Both the position numbers and the translations under genes were made by a program. From Alphaproteobacteria bacterium (lineage in GTDB: Bacteria; Pseudomonadota; Alphaproteobacteria; SP197): a stretch of DNA of 64,000 nt. The stretch spans positions 4,640,001-4,704,000 of the forward strand of contig OZ245842.1 of NCBI GenBank assembly GCA_965228895.1, written 5' to 3'. Positions 28,676 to 38,487 of this stretch are shown one piece after another. The notes below the pieces were generated by a model. It was not told where the DNA came from. It did not search any database and worked only from the letters and a program-made list of their open reading frames with translations. How positions within the stretch are numbered: the first letter of the stretch is position 1; each line of letters starts with the position of its first letter.

Positions 28676-29557
28676 ATGAACACCGATGTTTTCATTACCT
28701 GTGCCCTGACAGGAGCCGGCGACACGGTGGACAAGAGCGACAAGGTGCCGGTCACGCCCGAGCAGATCGCCAACGACGCCATCGAAGCGGCCAAAGCTGG
28801 CGCCGCGATCGCCCACATCCATGTGCGTGACATCGAGACCGGTCAAGGCAATCGCGACCCCGAACTGTTCCGCGAAACCGTTGCACGCATTCGCGACAGC
28901 GACACCGACGTCATCATCAACCTGACCACCGGCATGGGCGGCGACTTCGTGCCCGATCCCGACGACCCCACGAAGCTGGCCGAAGGTTCCGACATGGCAT
29001 CGGCCGAAGACCGCGTGATCCACATCGAAGAGCTGTTGCCGGAGATCTGCAGCCTGGACGTCGCGACCATGAACTTCACGCACGGCGCCTTCATGAACGT
29101 GCCCCAGGTGCTGCGCGTCATGGCCGACCGCATCAAGGCGGCCGGCGTCAAACCGGAGCTGGAGTGTTTCGACCTTGGCCATGTGCGACTGGCCAACCAG
29201 TTGATCCAGGAGGGCCATATCGCCGAACCGCCGCTGTTCCAGCTGTGCATGGGCGTGCCGTGGGGCGCGCCGTCCGACCCGGAATCGGTCATCGCGATGC
29301 GTAACCTGTTGCCGGAAAACGCCATGTGGTCGGGCTTCGGCATCAGCCGCATGCAAATGCCGATGGCGGCACAGATGGTGATTCTGGGCGGCAATGTGCG
29401 GGTCGGCCTGGAGGACAATCTCTATCTGTCGCGCGGTGTGCTGGCCAGCAACGGTCAGTTGGTCGAACGCGCGGTCGATATCGTGGAGAACTTGGGCGCG
29501 CGTGTTATGTCGCCCGCCGAAACGCGCGAAAAACTAGGCCTGACGCAACAGCATTAG
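28676..29557 (+). CDS. Beta-keto acid cleavage enzyme (BKACE/DUF849; Kce/CdhC-like)
   Basis: ITCALTGA, PVTPEQIA, AHIHVRD, KPELECFD, RVGLEDN. Confidence 0.9.
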   Translation: MNTDVFITCALTGAGDTVDKSDKVPVTPEQIANDAIEAAKAGAAIAHIHVRDIETGQGNRDPELFRETVARIRDSDTDVIINLTTGMGGDFVPDPDDPTKLAEGSDMASAEDRVIHIEELLPEICSLDVATMNFTHGAFMNVPQVLRVMADRIKAAGVKPELECFDLGHVRLANQLIQEGHIAEPPLFQLCMGVPWGAPSDPESVIAMRNLLPENAMWSGFGISRMQMPMAAQMVILGGNVRVGLEDNLYLSRGVLASNGQLVERAVDIVENLGARVMSPAETREKLGLTQQH

Positions 29558-29570
29558 GACCGGTTGATCG

Positions 29571-30803
29571 TCACTCCAGCAGCGCGGCTTCATAGGGAAA
29601 CTGCGATAGCCGTTCGTGACCGTCCTGGGTGATGAGCACCTGCTGTTCCAGCTTCACGCCATCACGCTCACCCACCGCGCCGATATAGCTCTCGACACAG
29701 ATCACCATGCCGGGCTCGATCGTGCCATCGTAGACGAAGCTGTCGCGAAAGACCGGTTTGACTTGCGGATACTCGTCACACATGCCGACGCCATGGATCA
29801 CGCAGGCATAGGCGTTCTGCCGGAACTCTTCGGGGACCGGCCAGGCTTGCTCGCGGATCTCGCCCAGCGTGATGCCCGGGCGCATCAGTTTCAGGTTCGT
29901 CTCGACCTCGTCCATCGCCAGCCGGTAAAGCTCTTTCTGGCGTTGCGTCGGCTTGGACGGACCGCAGTGGAAGGTCCGCGAGATATCCGCGAAGTAACCG
30001 TACGGCCCGACCATGTCGGTATCGAAGCCGACGAGGTCGCCGTCCTCGACCTTCCGCGGCGATGCCTCCTGAAGCCACGGATTGATCCGCGGTCCGGAGG
30101 CCAGCATGCGCCCCTCGTGCCAATCGCCGTTGTTGGCGAGGTTGGTGTAGTTCAGCAGCGCCCATAGCTGGACCTCGCTGACACCCGGTCGCAGGGCGTC
30201 CTTCATCTTGGCCGCCCCCAGTTCGGCGACGGCGACGGCCCATTTGATGCAGGCAACTTCGTCGGGCGACTTGATCACGCGCGCCTCCTCGGCGATCGAA
30301 ACGCCGTCGCCGACATCCAGGCCGCGCTGCATCAGCGCCTGGGTGACGCTGGGATTGGTGTATTCGATCATGACGCGGCGGTTGTCGGTGCCGATTTCAC
30401 CCAAGTAGTCGACGACATCGCCGGCCAGCAGCCGCGCTTCATCGGGCAGCTCCTGTGCACCGTCGAAGAACGAGTGGGCCCGACCGGCGCGCGTCTCGTC
30501 GACACCGGGCGGATCGCCGAAACTGTTGTAGATGACGACCGGGCCCTCCTGCGGCACGAACAGGTAGGTCGACGGAATGTGAGACTGGAAGAGCCCGTAG
30601 GTGCGATAATCGACCGCGTAGCGCAGGCTGATCGGGTTGACCAGGATGCACATAGCGGCGTCGTGGCGCTTCAGGGCTTCTCTGATCCGGCCCAGGCGAT
30701 AAGCAAACAAACGGTCGAAATCGATCGCCGGCATATCCCGGTACCGGGAGAGATCGCTCCAGTCGTCATTCGAGACAATCGCGTCGATGGTGTGATCAGA
30801 CAT
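29571..30803 (-). CDS. dddP: M24B-family enzyme, DddP-like (putative DMSP lyase)
   Basis: ASGPRINPWLQE, FDTDMVG, DISRT, HGVGMCDEYP, CVES, KLEQQVLIT match DddP motifs as recalled; activity not proven. Confidence 0.7.
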   Translation of the reverse strand: MSDHTIDAIVSNDDWSDLSRYRDMPAIDFDRLFAYRLGRIREALKRHDAAMCILVNPISLRYAVDYRTYGLFQSHIPSTYLFVPQEGPVVIYNSFGDPPGVDETRAGRAHSFFDGAQELPDEARLLAGDVVDYLGEIGTDNRRVMIEYTNPSVTQALMQRGLDVGDGVSIAEEARVIKSPDEVACIKWAVAVAELGAAKMKDALRPGVSEVQLWALLNYTNLANNGDWHEGRMLASGPRINPWLQEASPRKVEDGDLVGFDTDMVGPYGYFADISRTFHCGPSKPTQRQKELYRLAMDEVETNLKLMRPGITLGEIREQAWPVPEEFRQNAYACVIHGVGMCDEYPQVKPVFRDSFVYDGTIEPGMVICVESYIGAVGERDGVKLEQQVLITQDGHERLSQFPYEAALLE

Positions 30804-30912
30804 GATGACGTCCCGCAGCCATGCATTACCGTCTCGCACAATCACGCCCGAACCAGCGTCGTGTCAAAGCTTTGTCGTCATCGATGTTGGGGACGGCCCT
30901 TAAGGGCGTCGG

Positions 30913-31665
30913 TCAGGATCCCGCTTGATCGGGATCCCAGACAATCTCGCGCGCACCCAGGATCGGCCCCAGCCCTTCGGGCTGCACGATGATGGCACAG
31001 CCGAAGTCATGACCGCCGTCGGCGGCAAGCGCTTCCCACGGCAAGGTGATCGCCATGGCCTCACCGTTCCACATGCCGATCGCCGTCAATTCCTCAACGA
31101 CGTTGGCATGGTAGAGCGTGCGCCCGGCGTTCTCGCCGGACAGCACATCGGTCTCGTCATCCAACAGGTAGCGCACGAACCAGATCGTCGCTTCGCCATC
31201 ATACTCGGCGGCCGGGATGGAGACGGTCAGCGCCTTCTTCTCGGACCAGGTCAACCCGATGTTCAGGTCGACGGTCTTCTCGTTTCTGGCGTCAGTGATC
31301 GCCTCCATCACCTGACCACGCGCCGACCCCACAACATGCTCGGCACCGTTCACCACCATCTGCGGCGTATAGACCATGGGCGAACCAAGCGATCGGGCAT
31401 AGGAACGTTGGCGGTTGGTGAAGTCGCTGGTCGCGAACCGATCACGCCAGCCAAGGTAGTCCCAGTAATCGACGTGAAACGCGAGTGCGAGCACGTCGTC
31501 ATGCTGACGCAGCTCGGCAAGCAGCAAATCCGCCGGCGGGCATGAACTGCAGCCTTCCGACGTAAACAACTCGACGACGACGGGCGAGCTGTCGGCCTTG
31601 GCAACCGCCGGCACGCCGGTCATCAGAACGAGGGCCGACGCAGCGGCCAGAAAAAGCTTTCGCAT
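30913..31665 (-). CDS. DUF1223 thioredoxin-like exported protein
   Basis: Signal peptide, VVELFTSEGCSSCPPAD, HVDYWDYLGWRD, YTPQMVVNG. Confidence 0.88.
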   Translation of the reverse strand: MRKLFLAAASALVLMTGVPAVAKADSSPVVVELFTSEGCSSCPPADLLLAELRQHDDVLALAFHVDYWDYLGWRDRFATSDFTNRQRSYARSLGSPMVYTPQMVVNGAEHVVGSARGQVMEAITDARNEKTVDLNIGLTWSEKKALTVSIPAAEYDGEATIWFVRYLLDDETDVLSGENAGRTLYHANVVEELTAIGMWNGEAMAITLPWEALAADGGHDFGCAIIVQPEGLGPILGAREIVWDPDQAGS

Positions 31666-31771
31666 GGGCTTGATACTGAGTAGCAGGTCCGTAACCGGCA
31701 ACTCACGTTGTGGTTATGGTGCCGTCTTGAAATCGCTGAGAACGGCAGGATTCTAAGCATAACGCGATGCC

Positions 31772-32383
31772 ATGGGAACGCCGATTGTGATCTATCTCGT
31801 ACGACACGGTCAGACTGTCTGGAACCGGGCGGACCGCCGCCAAGGCCAGCGCGACTCGCCTCTGACAATGCGAGGCATTAACCAGGCAAGAGCCGTAGGA
31901 CACCTGCTGAACGACCTCCTGGGCGAAGCAGTTCTGCCGATCGTCAGCAGCCCGCTGGGCCGGGCATGGCAGACCGCCGTCATCATCGCGGAGGTTCGCG
32001 GCGTCGCCACCGGTGAGATCACGCACGACCAGCGGCTCGCGGAAGTCAGCTACGGACGGTGGGAAGGGCTGACGACAACGCAAATCCGCGAGACGGACCC
32101 GGAGGTATGGAAGCACCGCCAAACCGATCGCTGGTCAATCCCCGCCCCAGGCGGCGAGTCGAATGCCGACCTGCAGCAGCGGGTCGGCGCCTGGCATTCG
32201 GAGCGGGATAGAACGAAGGATATTATTGTGGTTGGCCATGGCGCCTTGAACCGCGCCCTGGTCGGCTTGGTCGCGGGCCTGAAGCCGGACCAGGCGCTTG
32301 CCCTGCCGGAAGATCAAGAGAGTATCTTTCGGTTATCCGAGGGGTTTTATGACATCGTCAGCGCCACCGGCGACGAACGCTAA
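31772..32383 (+). CDS. Histidine phosphatase (phosphoglycerate mutase family)
   Basis: LVRHGQT, SSPLGRAWQT, GGES, VGHG. Confidence 0.9.
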   Translation: MGTPIVIYLVRHGQTVWNRADRRQGQRDSPLTMRGINQARAVGHLLNDLLGEAVLPIVSSPLGRAWQTAVIIAEVRGVATGEITHDQRLAEVSYGRWEGLTTTQIRETDPEVWKHRQTDRWSIPAPGGESNADLQQRVGAWHSERDRTKDIIVVGHGALNRALVGLVAGLKPDQALALPEDQESIFRLSEGFYDIVSATGDER

Positions 32384-32401
32384 GTGAGGGAACTGCAGCG
32401 C

Positions 32402-32995
32402 ATGTTAACAATCCGTCCCCTGACACCGGCCTTGATGGACGATATGGGCGCGGTACTGCGCGGCAGTTGGGGCGCCAGCTGCTGGTGCATGTTCCCCCGC
32501 CTGACCGAAGCGCAGACCCGCGCGCTTCCGGGCGACGGACCCATGACGCAACGCCGGCGCAATGCCATGACAAAACTGGCAAGGCGTCGCCGTGCGCCAG
32601 GGCTGCTCGCGTTCGACAACGATGAAGCCGTCGGTTGGGTAGCGCTTGGTCCGCGCGGTGAATTCGGCCGCATCGACGCATCACGCGCGACACCGCGTGT
32701 CGACGATGTCGACGTCTGGATCATTCCCTGCGTCACCGTCGCCAAATCGGCGCGCGGGCGCGGCATCGCGGTGGCGCTGATCCAGGCTGCCGTCGCCTAT
32801 GCCGCCGAAAAGGGCGCTCCAGCGGTCGAAGCCTATCCACGGGCCGGTGCCGAGCGCACCGGCGATGGCAACGCCTATTTCGGGACCGAGCCGTTATTCC
32901 GGCGCGCCGGGTTCAAGGTGCTTCGCAAACCCCTGAAGGACCGACCGCGCAACTGGCTGCCGCGTGTCGTCATGCGTATCAACACGGCATCATGA
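32402..32995 (+). CDS. GNAT-family N-acetyltransferase
   Basis: CWCM, ARGRGIA motif A, VEAYP, FRRAGF. Confidence 0.82.
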   Translation: MLTIRPLTPALMDDMGAVLRGSWGASCWCMFPRLTEAQTRALPGDGPMTQRRRNAMTKLARRRRAPGLLAFDNDEAVGWVALGPRGEFGRIDASRATPRVDDVDVWIIPCVTVAKSARGRGIAVALIQAAVAYAAEKGAPAVEAYPRAGAERTGDGNAYFGTEPLFRRAGFKVLRKPLKDRPRNWLPRVVMRINTAS

Positions 32996-33095
32996 CGCGG
33001 GCGCGCTGTTCGTTGCGGCATTCATCGCGTCGTTTCCGCCCGGCTCGGTCTCGCTATGCATGATGGTGACAGCTGTGGATTTGGGTTGGTGAACC

Positions 33096-33860
33096 TCAAA
33101 CCCGGTCCATCCAGTCGGCGCAACGGGCGGCGACCGTATCCCATCCCGGCTCCAGGAAGATGAAGTGAGCCTGGCCCGGCGCCTCATAAAACGTCGCGCG
33201 GTTGCCATAGAGGTCAGCGATCTGACGGCCAACGATCGTCGGGACGGCACGGTCCTCGGCACCCGAAACCACAAGGACCGGGCAGGTTACCTTGTCGATC
33301 TCGACCTCGGTCGCGCGGTGATCGTCGAACATCCAAAAGAACATCTCGAACATGACACGCCCGGACTCCGGCCCCAGTTTGTCGAAGACGGCGTGCTGTG
33401 TTTCTTCGTCGAGCTTGTTGAGCGCGAACGGCGCAATCAAGTCGAAGTCGATGCGCATGGGCGCTTCCCAGAACGGGCCGCCGGCCATCAAGCCCCGCGC
33501 TACGGCGCGTTGATCATCGGTCGATGGCAAGACGCCCCACGGCGCATTCGAGTTCAACAGCACCAGCCCCTTGGCTAAGCCGCGCGCCGCGAGTTTTTGG
33601 GCAATCAAGGCGCCGACCGCGTGGCCGCCGATGATGGGCGGCGAGTCCAACGTCTCGACAAAGGCCGCGATGTCGTCGGTGTAGTCGAGGATGCTGGTCT
33701 CCGCCAAGGCCGGATCGGGCTCGGCTGCCGGATCGTTGTCATGGAAACGCAGCGCCGGCGTGTGGCTCGTCCAACCGCGGTTGGCAAAATAGCCGGCGAA
33801 CTTCTCCATACACCAGGGTCCGCCAAAGGCGCCGTGAATCATGACAACGTGCTTTTCCAT
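33096..33860 (-). CDS. Alpha/beta-hydrolase fold protein with Ala at the nucleophile position
   Basis: IHGAFGG, GHAVG in place of GHSxG, SGAEDRAVP, C-terminal His (AH). Confidence 0.8.
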   Translation of the reverse strand: MEKHVVMIHGAFGGPWCMEKFAGYFANRGWTSHTPALRFHDNDPAAEPDPALAETSILDYTDDIAAFVETLDSPPIIGGHAVGALIAQKLAARGLAKGLVLLNSNAPWGVLPSTDDQRAVARGLMAGGPFWEAPMRIDFDLIAPFALNKLDEETQHAVFDKLGPESGRVMFEMFFWMFDDHRATEVEIDKVTCPVLVVSGAEDRAVPTIVGRQIADLYGNRATFYEAPGQAHFIFLEPGWDTVAARCADWMDRV

Positions 33861-34106
33861 GCATACTCTCCGGATACCGCGAACAACAATCCTAAGGGCC
33901 GCAATCGGATGCCGCCAGCGTCGCCGCCGGCTTTGCGGCCATTCTATCGCCGACGTGTAGTCATGTGATGTGACGCGACGACCGCATCGGGTCTAGGCTT
34001 TATGCGTCACGACATGTGGTTCGACGCCGGGCAGCGCCCGCAAGACGTTCCCGTTCGCGTGTCCCCATCGCGACCCCTTGGTTCAACGTTCCAGGGAGGC
34101 GCCTTA

Positions 34107-34904
34107 ATGACGCACCAGGAAATTGAGTCCGGTCTTTTGACCAGCTCCGCGCTGCCGGAAGTCCGTAAGATTACCGTGGCGGACCTTAAGGAGTCGCTGC
34201 GCCTGGGCCTTGATGACTTCAGGGCCAAACCCAGCCACCTCGTCTTCCTCGGCATCATCTATCCCGTTGTCGGCCTGATCGTCGCCCGCCTTGCGATCAG
34301 CTTCGGCGATGCCCTGCCACTGCTCTATCCGCTTGTCGCCGGTTTTGCTCTGATGGGCCCGGTCATGGGGATCGGTCTCTATGAGCTCAGCAGGCGCCGT
34401 GAAAAAGGGCTCGAAATCGCGTGGCGGCATGCGTTCGATGTCTTGAGATCGCCCGCCATCGGATCGATCGCCGCACTAAGCATGCTGCTGCTCGCGGTCT
34501 TCCTTGTTTGGCTCGTCGTTGCGGAGATTGTCTTTCGCATGACGTTCGGAGCCAGCGATCCCACGTCCTTTGGTTCGTTTCTGGAATGGACGATCACGAC
34601 ACCCGAAGGCTGGACCATGATCGTTGTCGGCAATGCGGTGGGATGTCTGTTTGCCATCGTAGTCTTGACCATCAGCGTGGTTTCGTTCCCGCTGATGCTT
34701 GACCGTGGCGTCAATGCGCACACGGCCGTTCTGACCTCGGCCAAAGCGGTCTTCGCCAACATCCCGACCATGATCGTCTGGGGTCTGATTATTGCCGTTA
34801 CCTTGGCCATTGGGTCGATACCGCTTTTTGTCGGACTGGCCGTCGTGGTGCCGATCCTTGCCCATGCGAGCTGGCATCTCTATCGGCGTGTCGTTGTGCC
34901 CTGA
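34107..34904 (+). CDS. DUF2189 membrane protein
   Basis: GFALMGP, GLYELSRRRE, PILAHASWHLYRR; GGAGG RBS before ATG 34107. Confidence 0.82.
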   Translation: MTHQEIESGLLTSSALPEVRKITVADLKESLRLGLDDFRAKPSHLVFLGIIYPVVGLIVARLAISFGDALPLLYPLVAGFALMGPVMGIGLYELSRRREKGLEIAWRHAFDVLRSPAIGSIAALSMLLLAVFLVWLVVAEIVFRMTFGASDPTSFGSFLEWTITTPEGWTMIVVGNAVGCLFAIVVLTISVVSFPLMLDRGVNAHTAVLTSAKAVFANIPTMIVWGLIIAVTLAIGSIPLFVGLAVVVPILAHASWHLYRRVVVP

Positions 34905-35009
34905 GACGCCAACACGAGAGAGCAAGCACCGCAGGGCGTTCCCACCGTGCGGGGAATTATGCGAAGATAGCGACCGATAACCGTCCGGCGATACCTTTGC
35001 GATGCTTGT

Positions 35010-36113
35010 ATGACAGTACCGTTCCCTTTGATCGAAGCCAGCGGCTCACCGCTGGAGCGCGGGCGGCAGATCGGCCGCCAGGCCGGTGACCGTATTGCCG
35101 TCAGTGTCGGCATCTACGAGCGTGCTCTGGCGCGCGGTAACCTCACGTGGCCCGAAGTGCAGGTCATCGCGCAACGGTACCTGCCTCGGCTTGAGTCCTA
35201 TGAGCCGCGCTATGTCGAGGAGATCCGAGGCATTGCCGAAGGCGCCGACCGGCCGATCGAGGACATCGTCGCGCTAAACGCGCGAACCGAACTGCTCTAC
35301 GACAAGAGCCTGCGCGACGACCCGACACCCGACGGCTGCACCGGCGCCATCGCCCTGCCCGACATCACCGCCGACGGCCATATGCTGCACGGACAGAACT
35401 GGGACTGGATGGATGACTGCAAGGACTCCGCCATTGTCGTGCGCCAGGAACTGGAGGACGGCACGCGCCTTCTGGTCTTTGTCGAAGCCGGCATTGTCGC
35501 CCGGGCCGGGTTCAACAGTCATGGCATTGCCGTCACCGGCAACTTTCTCGCCTGTCCGCAACTGCCGGCCGACGGCGCCGTTCCTCTGCCGTTGATGCGC
35601 CGCAAGATCATCGAGTCCCGCAGTTTCGCCGAAGCGCTGAAGCACGTTCTGCGAACGCCGCGCTCCTTCGCCAACAATCTCATGATCTCCGATGCCGCGG
35701 GCGAAGCGGTCGACCTGGAGACGACGCCTGAGGAAGTCTTCTGGGAAAAGCCGGACGGCGGCCTTTTGGTGCACGCCAACCACTTCCGCACCGAGGCCGC
35801 GCGCGCCCGCGTTGTCGACACCGGGCTCGCCATTTCACCCAGCTCGATCTATCGCGACAGCCGGGTTGAGCGGCGCCTGCGACAGAGTGCCGGCAGCATC
35901 GCACGCGGTGATTTGGAAGATGCCTTTGCCGACACCTATGGTGCGCCATCGGCGGTCTTGGCATCGCCCGGTGCCGACGAGGAGGCCAACGTCAAACAGC
36001 CGTCATCCACCGTCGCCACCGTCATCATGGACACGACCGCCGGCGTCATGTGGGTAGCGCCCGCACCCTATGCGGGCGAAATCACGTTCACCGAGTACCG
36101 CCTGAACGACTGA
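35010..36113 (+). CDS. C45-family Ntn acyltransferase/peptidase
   Basis: LNARTE, DGCT (autoproteolytic Cys), GQNWDW, HANH. Confidence 0.85.
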   Translation: MTVPFPLIEASGSPLERGRQIGRQAGDRIAVSVGIYERALARGNLTWPEVQVIAQRYLPRLESYEPRYVEEIRGIAEGADRPIEDIVALNARTELLYDKSLRDDPTPDGCTGAIALPDITADGHMLHGQNWDWMDDCKDSAIVVRQELEDGTRLLVFVEAGIVARAGFNSHGIAVTGNFLACPQLPADGAVPLPLMRRKIIESRSFAEALKHVLRTPRSFANNLMISDAAGEAVDLETTPEEVFWEKPDGGLLVHANHFRTEAARARVVDTGLAISPSSIYRDSRVERRLRQSAGSIARGDLEDAFADTYGAPSAVLASPGADEEANVKQPSSTVATVIMDTTAGVMWVAPAPYAGEITFTEYRLND

Positions 36114-36187
36114 TCGCCGACGAGGGTAGAACGGGCCTGTCCATCAGGCGCCCTCCTGAAAGCGTGGGTTGCGGGCAGAAAAAGCCC

Positions 36188-36201
36188 TTGATCCGCATCA
36201 A
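36188..36201. promoter_or_regulatory. FNR/FixK-type binding site
   Basis: Perfect TTGAT-CCGC-ATCAA in the intergenic region ~240 bp upstream of the V-ATPase operon. Confidence 0.7.
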
Positions 36202-36441
36202 TGCGGCTTGTCCAGCGACACGCTACGCAGGAATGGCAACCATAATGTGTTGCAAAACTGTCATGGGCGACGGATAGCGTCGTCAGCGCCTTCACGTCAC
36301 CTGTTTGGGACCATTCTGGCATGCTCAACATTCCAGCGATGACGCTGGTCACCCGCGACGCCCACCACCGCCCCTTGACGAAATGTGCCGCCAGCTCGGC
36401 CATAGCGAAATCGGCATGATGCGCGCCATCGGAGGGACAGG

Positions 36442-37830
36442 ATGACGTTGGATCTGGTTCGGTACTCGCGCGTCCTTGAGATTGTTGGCGACATCATCAA
36501 GGTGTATGTGCCGATGCCCGCTGCCGGCGAGCCCCCGGTGGTTCGCCTGCGCGACCTGGCGATGGTCGAGGACGAGGGGTCGGCAAAGTCGCTCGCCCAG
36601 GTCATCTCGGTCGAGCGCGACGCCGTCGCCCTCCAGGTTTTCGCCGGCACCAAGGGCATTTCGACCCAGGCCTCGATCCGGTTTCTCGGCCACCCCCTGC
36701 ACGTCACCTACTCGCCCAACATTCTGGGCCGCGTGTTTCGCGGCGATGGCCAGCCGTTGGGCGCGGGGCCTGATCTTGAGATGGATCCGAAGGTCGCCAT
36801 CGGCGGACCATCGGTCAATCCCATGCAGCGCAGTCTGGCGTCCAGGATGATCCGCACGGACGTGCCGATGATCGATGTCTTCAATTGCCTGGTCGAAAGC
36901 CAGAAGATCCCGATCTTCTCGGCCGCCGGCGAACCCTATAACCCGCTGCTGGCGCGGATCGGTATCCAGGCCGATGCCGATGTCGTGGTGTTCGGCGGCA
37001 TGGGCCTGATTTTTGACGACTATCACTTCTTTGCCCGATCGTTCGAGGATGCGGGCGTCTTTGCCCGCACGGTGATGTTCGTGAACCAGGCCTCTGACCC
37101 GATTGTCGAACGCCTGCTGGTGCCGGACATGGCGCTCGCGGTCGCCGAACACTTCGCCGTGGAGGAAGGCAAACGCGTTCTCGTCCTGTTGACCGACATG
37201 ACCTCGTTCGCGGACGCGTTGAAAGAGATCGGCATCGCCATGGAGCGCGTGCCCTCCAACCGCGGCTACATGGGCGATCTCTATTCACAGCTGGCGCGCC
37301 GGTACGAGAAGGCATGCAACTACACGATCGGCGGATCGGTGACGATCCTCAGCGTGACGACGATGCCGGGCGACGACGTCACCCATCCGGTACCCGACAA
37401 CACCGGTTACATCACCGAAGGCCAGTTCTATTTGCATGATGGTGCGCTCGACCCCTTTGGGTCGTTGTCGCGTCTGAAGCAGCATGTGATCGGCAAGGTG
37501 ACTCGCGAAGACCATGCGCAGATCATGAACACGATGATCCGCTTCTACGCCGGCGCGCGGGATGCGGCCCAGAAACAGGCCATGGCGTTTGAGCTGTCCG
37601 ACTTCGATAGGCAATTGCTGAAGTTCGGCGAGCTGTTCCGCGAGCGCTTCATGGACATCAATACTTCCATGCCGCTGGAGGACGCGCTCGATCTGTCATG
37701 GAGGACGCTCGCCGACTGCTTCAAGCCGGAACAGCTCCTGATGCGCCAGTCGCTGGTGGAAAAGTACTTTCCCGGCGCCGAGCGAGACTTAGCCGATACG
37801 GCGTCGCGCGAGGGCGCAGACGCCGCATGA
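36442..37830 (+). CDS. ntpB: V/A-type ATPase subunit B
   Basis: SQKIPIFS, VLVLLTDMT, RGYMGDLYSQLARRYE, TMPGDDVTHPVPDNTGYITEGQ. Confidence 0.95.
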   Translation: MTLDLVRYSRVLEIVGDIIKVYVPMPAAGEPPVVRLRDLAMVEDEGSAKSLAQVISVERDAVALQVFAGTKGISTQASIRFLGHPLHVTYSPNILGRVFRGDGQPLGAGPDLEMDPKVAIGGPSVNPMQRSLASRMIRTDVPMIDVFNCLVESQKIPIFSAAGEPYNPLLARIGIQADADVVVFGGMGLIFDDYHFFARSFEDAGVFARTVMFVNQASDPIVERLLVPDMALAVAEHFAVEEGKRVLVLLTDMTSFADALKEIGIAMERVPSNRGYMGDLYSQLARRYEKACNYTIGGSVTILSVTTMPGDDVTHPVPDNTGYITEGQFYLHDGALDPFGSLSRLKQHVIGKVTREDHAQIMNTMIRFYAGARDAAQKQAMAFELSDFDRQLLKFGELFRERFMDINTSMPLEDALDLSWRTLADCFKPEQLLMRQSLVEKYFPGAERDLADTASREGADAA

Positions 37831-37881
37831 CCTGAACACATGCAAGCGATCGTATCGCAAGCAAGGAGAGGCCAGTAAACG

Positions 37882-38487
37882 GTGGCACGGTTACAGCTCA
37901 ACAAGGCGGCACTCGCCAAGGAAGAGAGCAAGCTGGACTCGTTCAGGCGGTTCCTGCCATCGCTGGATATGAAGCGCCAGCAGTTGAATGCCGCGCGGGC
38001 CGGCGCGGTCGAATCGGTCGCGATCACGCGCCGCGAGATCGATCACCTAAAGCGCAGTGTCAAAAAGAATCTGCCGATGCTGGCGAACAAGAACATCGAC
38101 CTGACGGACATCGTGAAGGTCAGCAAGGTCGACATCGCGACGCAAAACGTTCTGGGCACCCAACTGCCCGTTCTGCAAAACGTCGACATCGACATTCGGC
38201 CCTATGCGCTTATGGCCAGGCCCCATTGGGTCGATCGTCTGGTCGATGACCTCCGTCACATGCTTGAACTCAGGCTTCGCTTGCGTGTCGAGGAACGCCG
38301 CGTCGACCTGCTTGCAGCCGCCCTGCGCACCGTCACCCAGCGGGTCAATCTGTTCGACAAGATTCTCATTCCCCAAGCCCAGACGAACATCAAGCGCATC
38401 AGGATCTATTTGGGCGATGCTGAGCGCGCGGCGGTCGTGCGCTCGAAGATCGCCAAGAACAAACACCGCAAGGCGCACGCGGCATGA
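37882..38487 (+). CDS. ntpD: V/A-type ATPase subunit D
   Basis: LPSLDMKRQQL, TQRVNLFDKILIP; GTG start after AGGAG. Confidence 0.92.
   Translation: MARLQLNKAALAKEESKLDSFRRFLPSLDMKRQQLNAARAGAVESVAITRREIDHLKRSVKKNLPMLANKNIDLTDIVKVSKVDIATQNVLGTQLPVLQNVDIDIRPYALMARPHWVDRLVDDLRHMLELRLRLRVEERRVDLLAAALRTVTQRVNLFDKILIPQAQTNIKRIRIYLGDAERAAVVRSKIAKNKHRKAHAA

Noticed and set aside
33933-33951. RegA/PrrA-like GCGGC...TCGC motif upstream of the DUF2189 gene
   Set aside because: Too degenerate for a GC-rich genome; cannot be separated from chance
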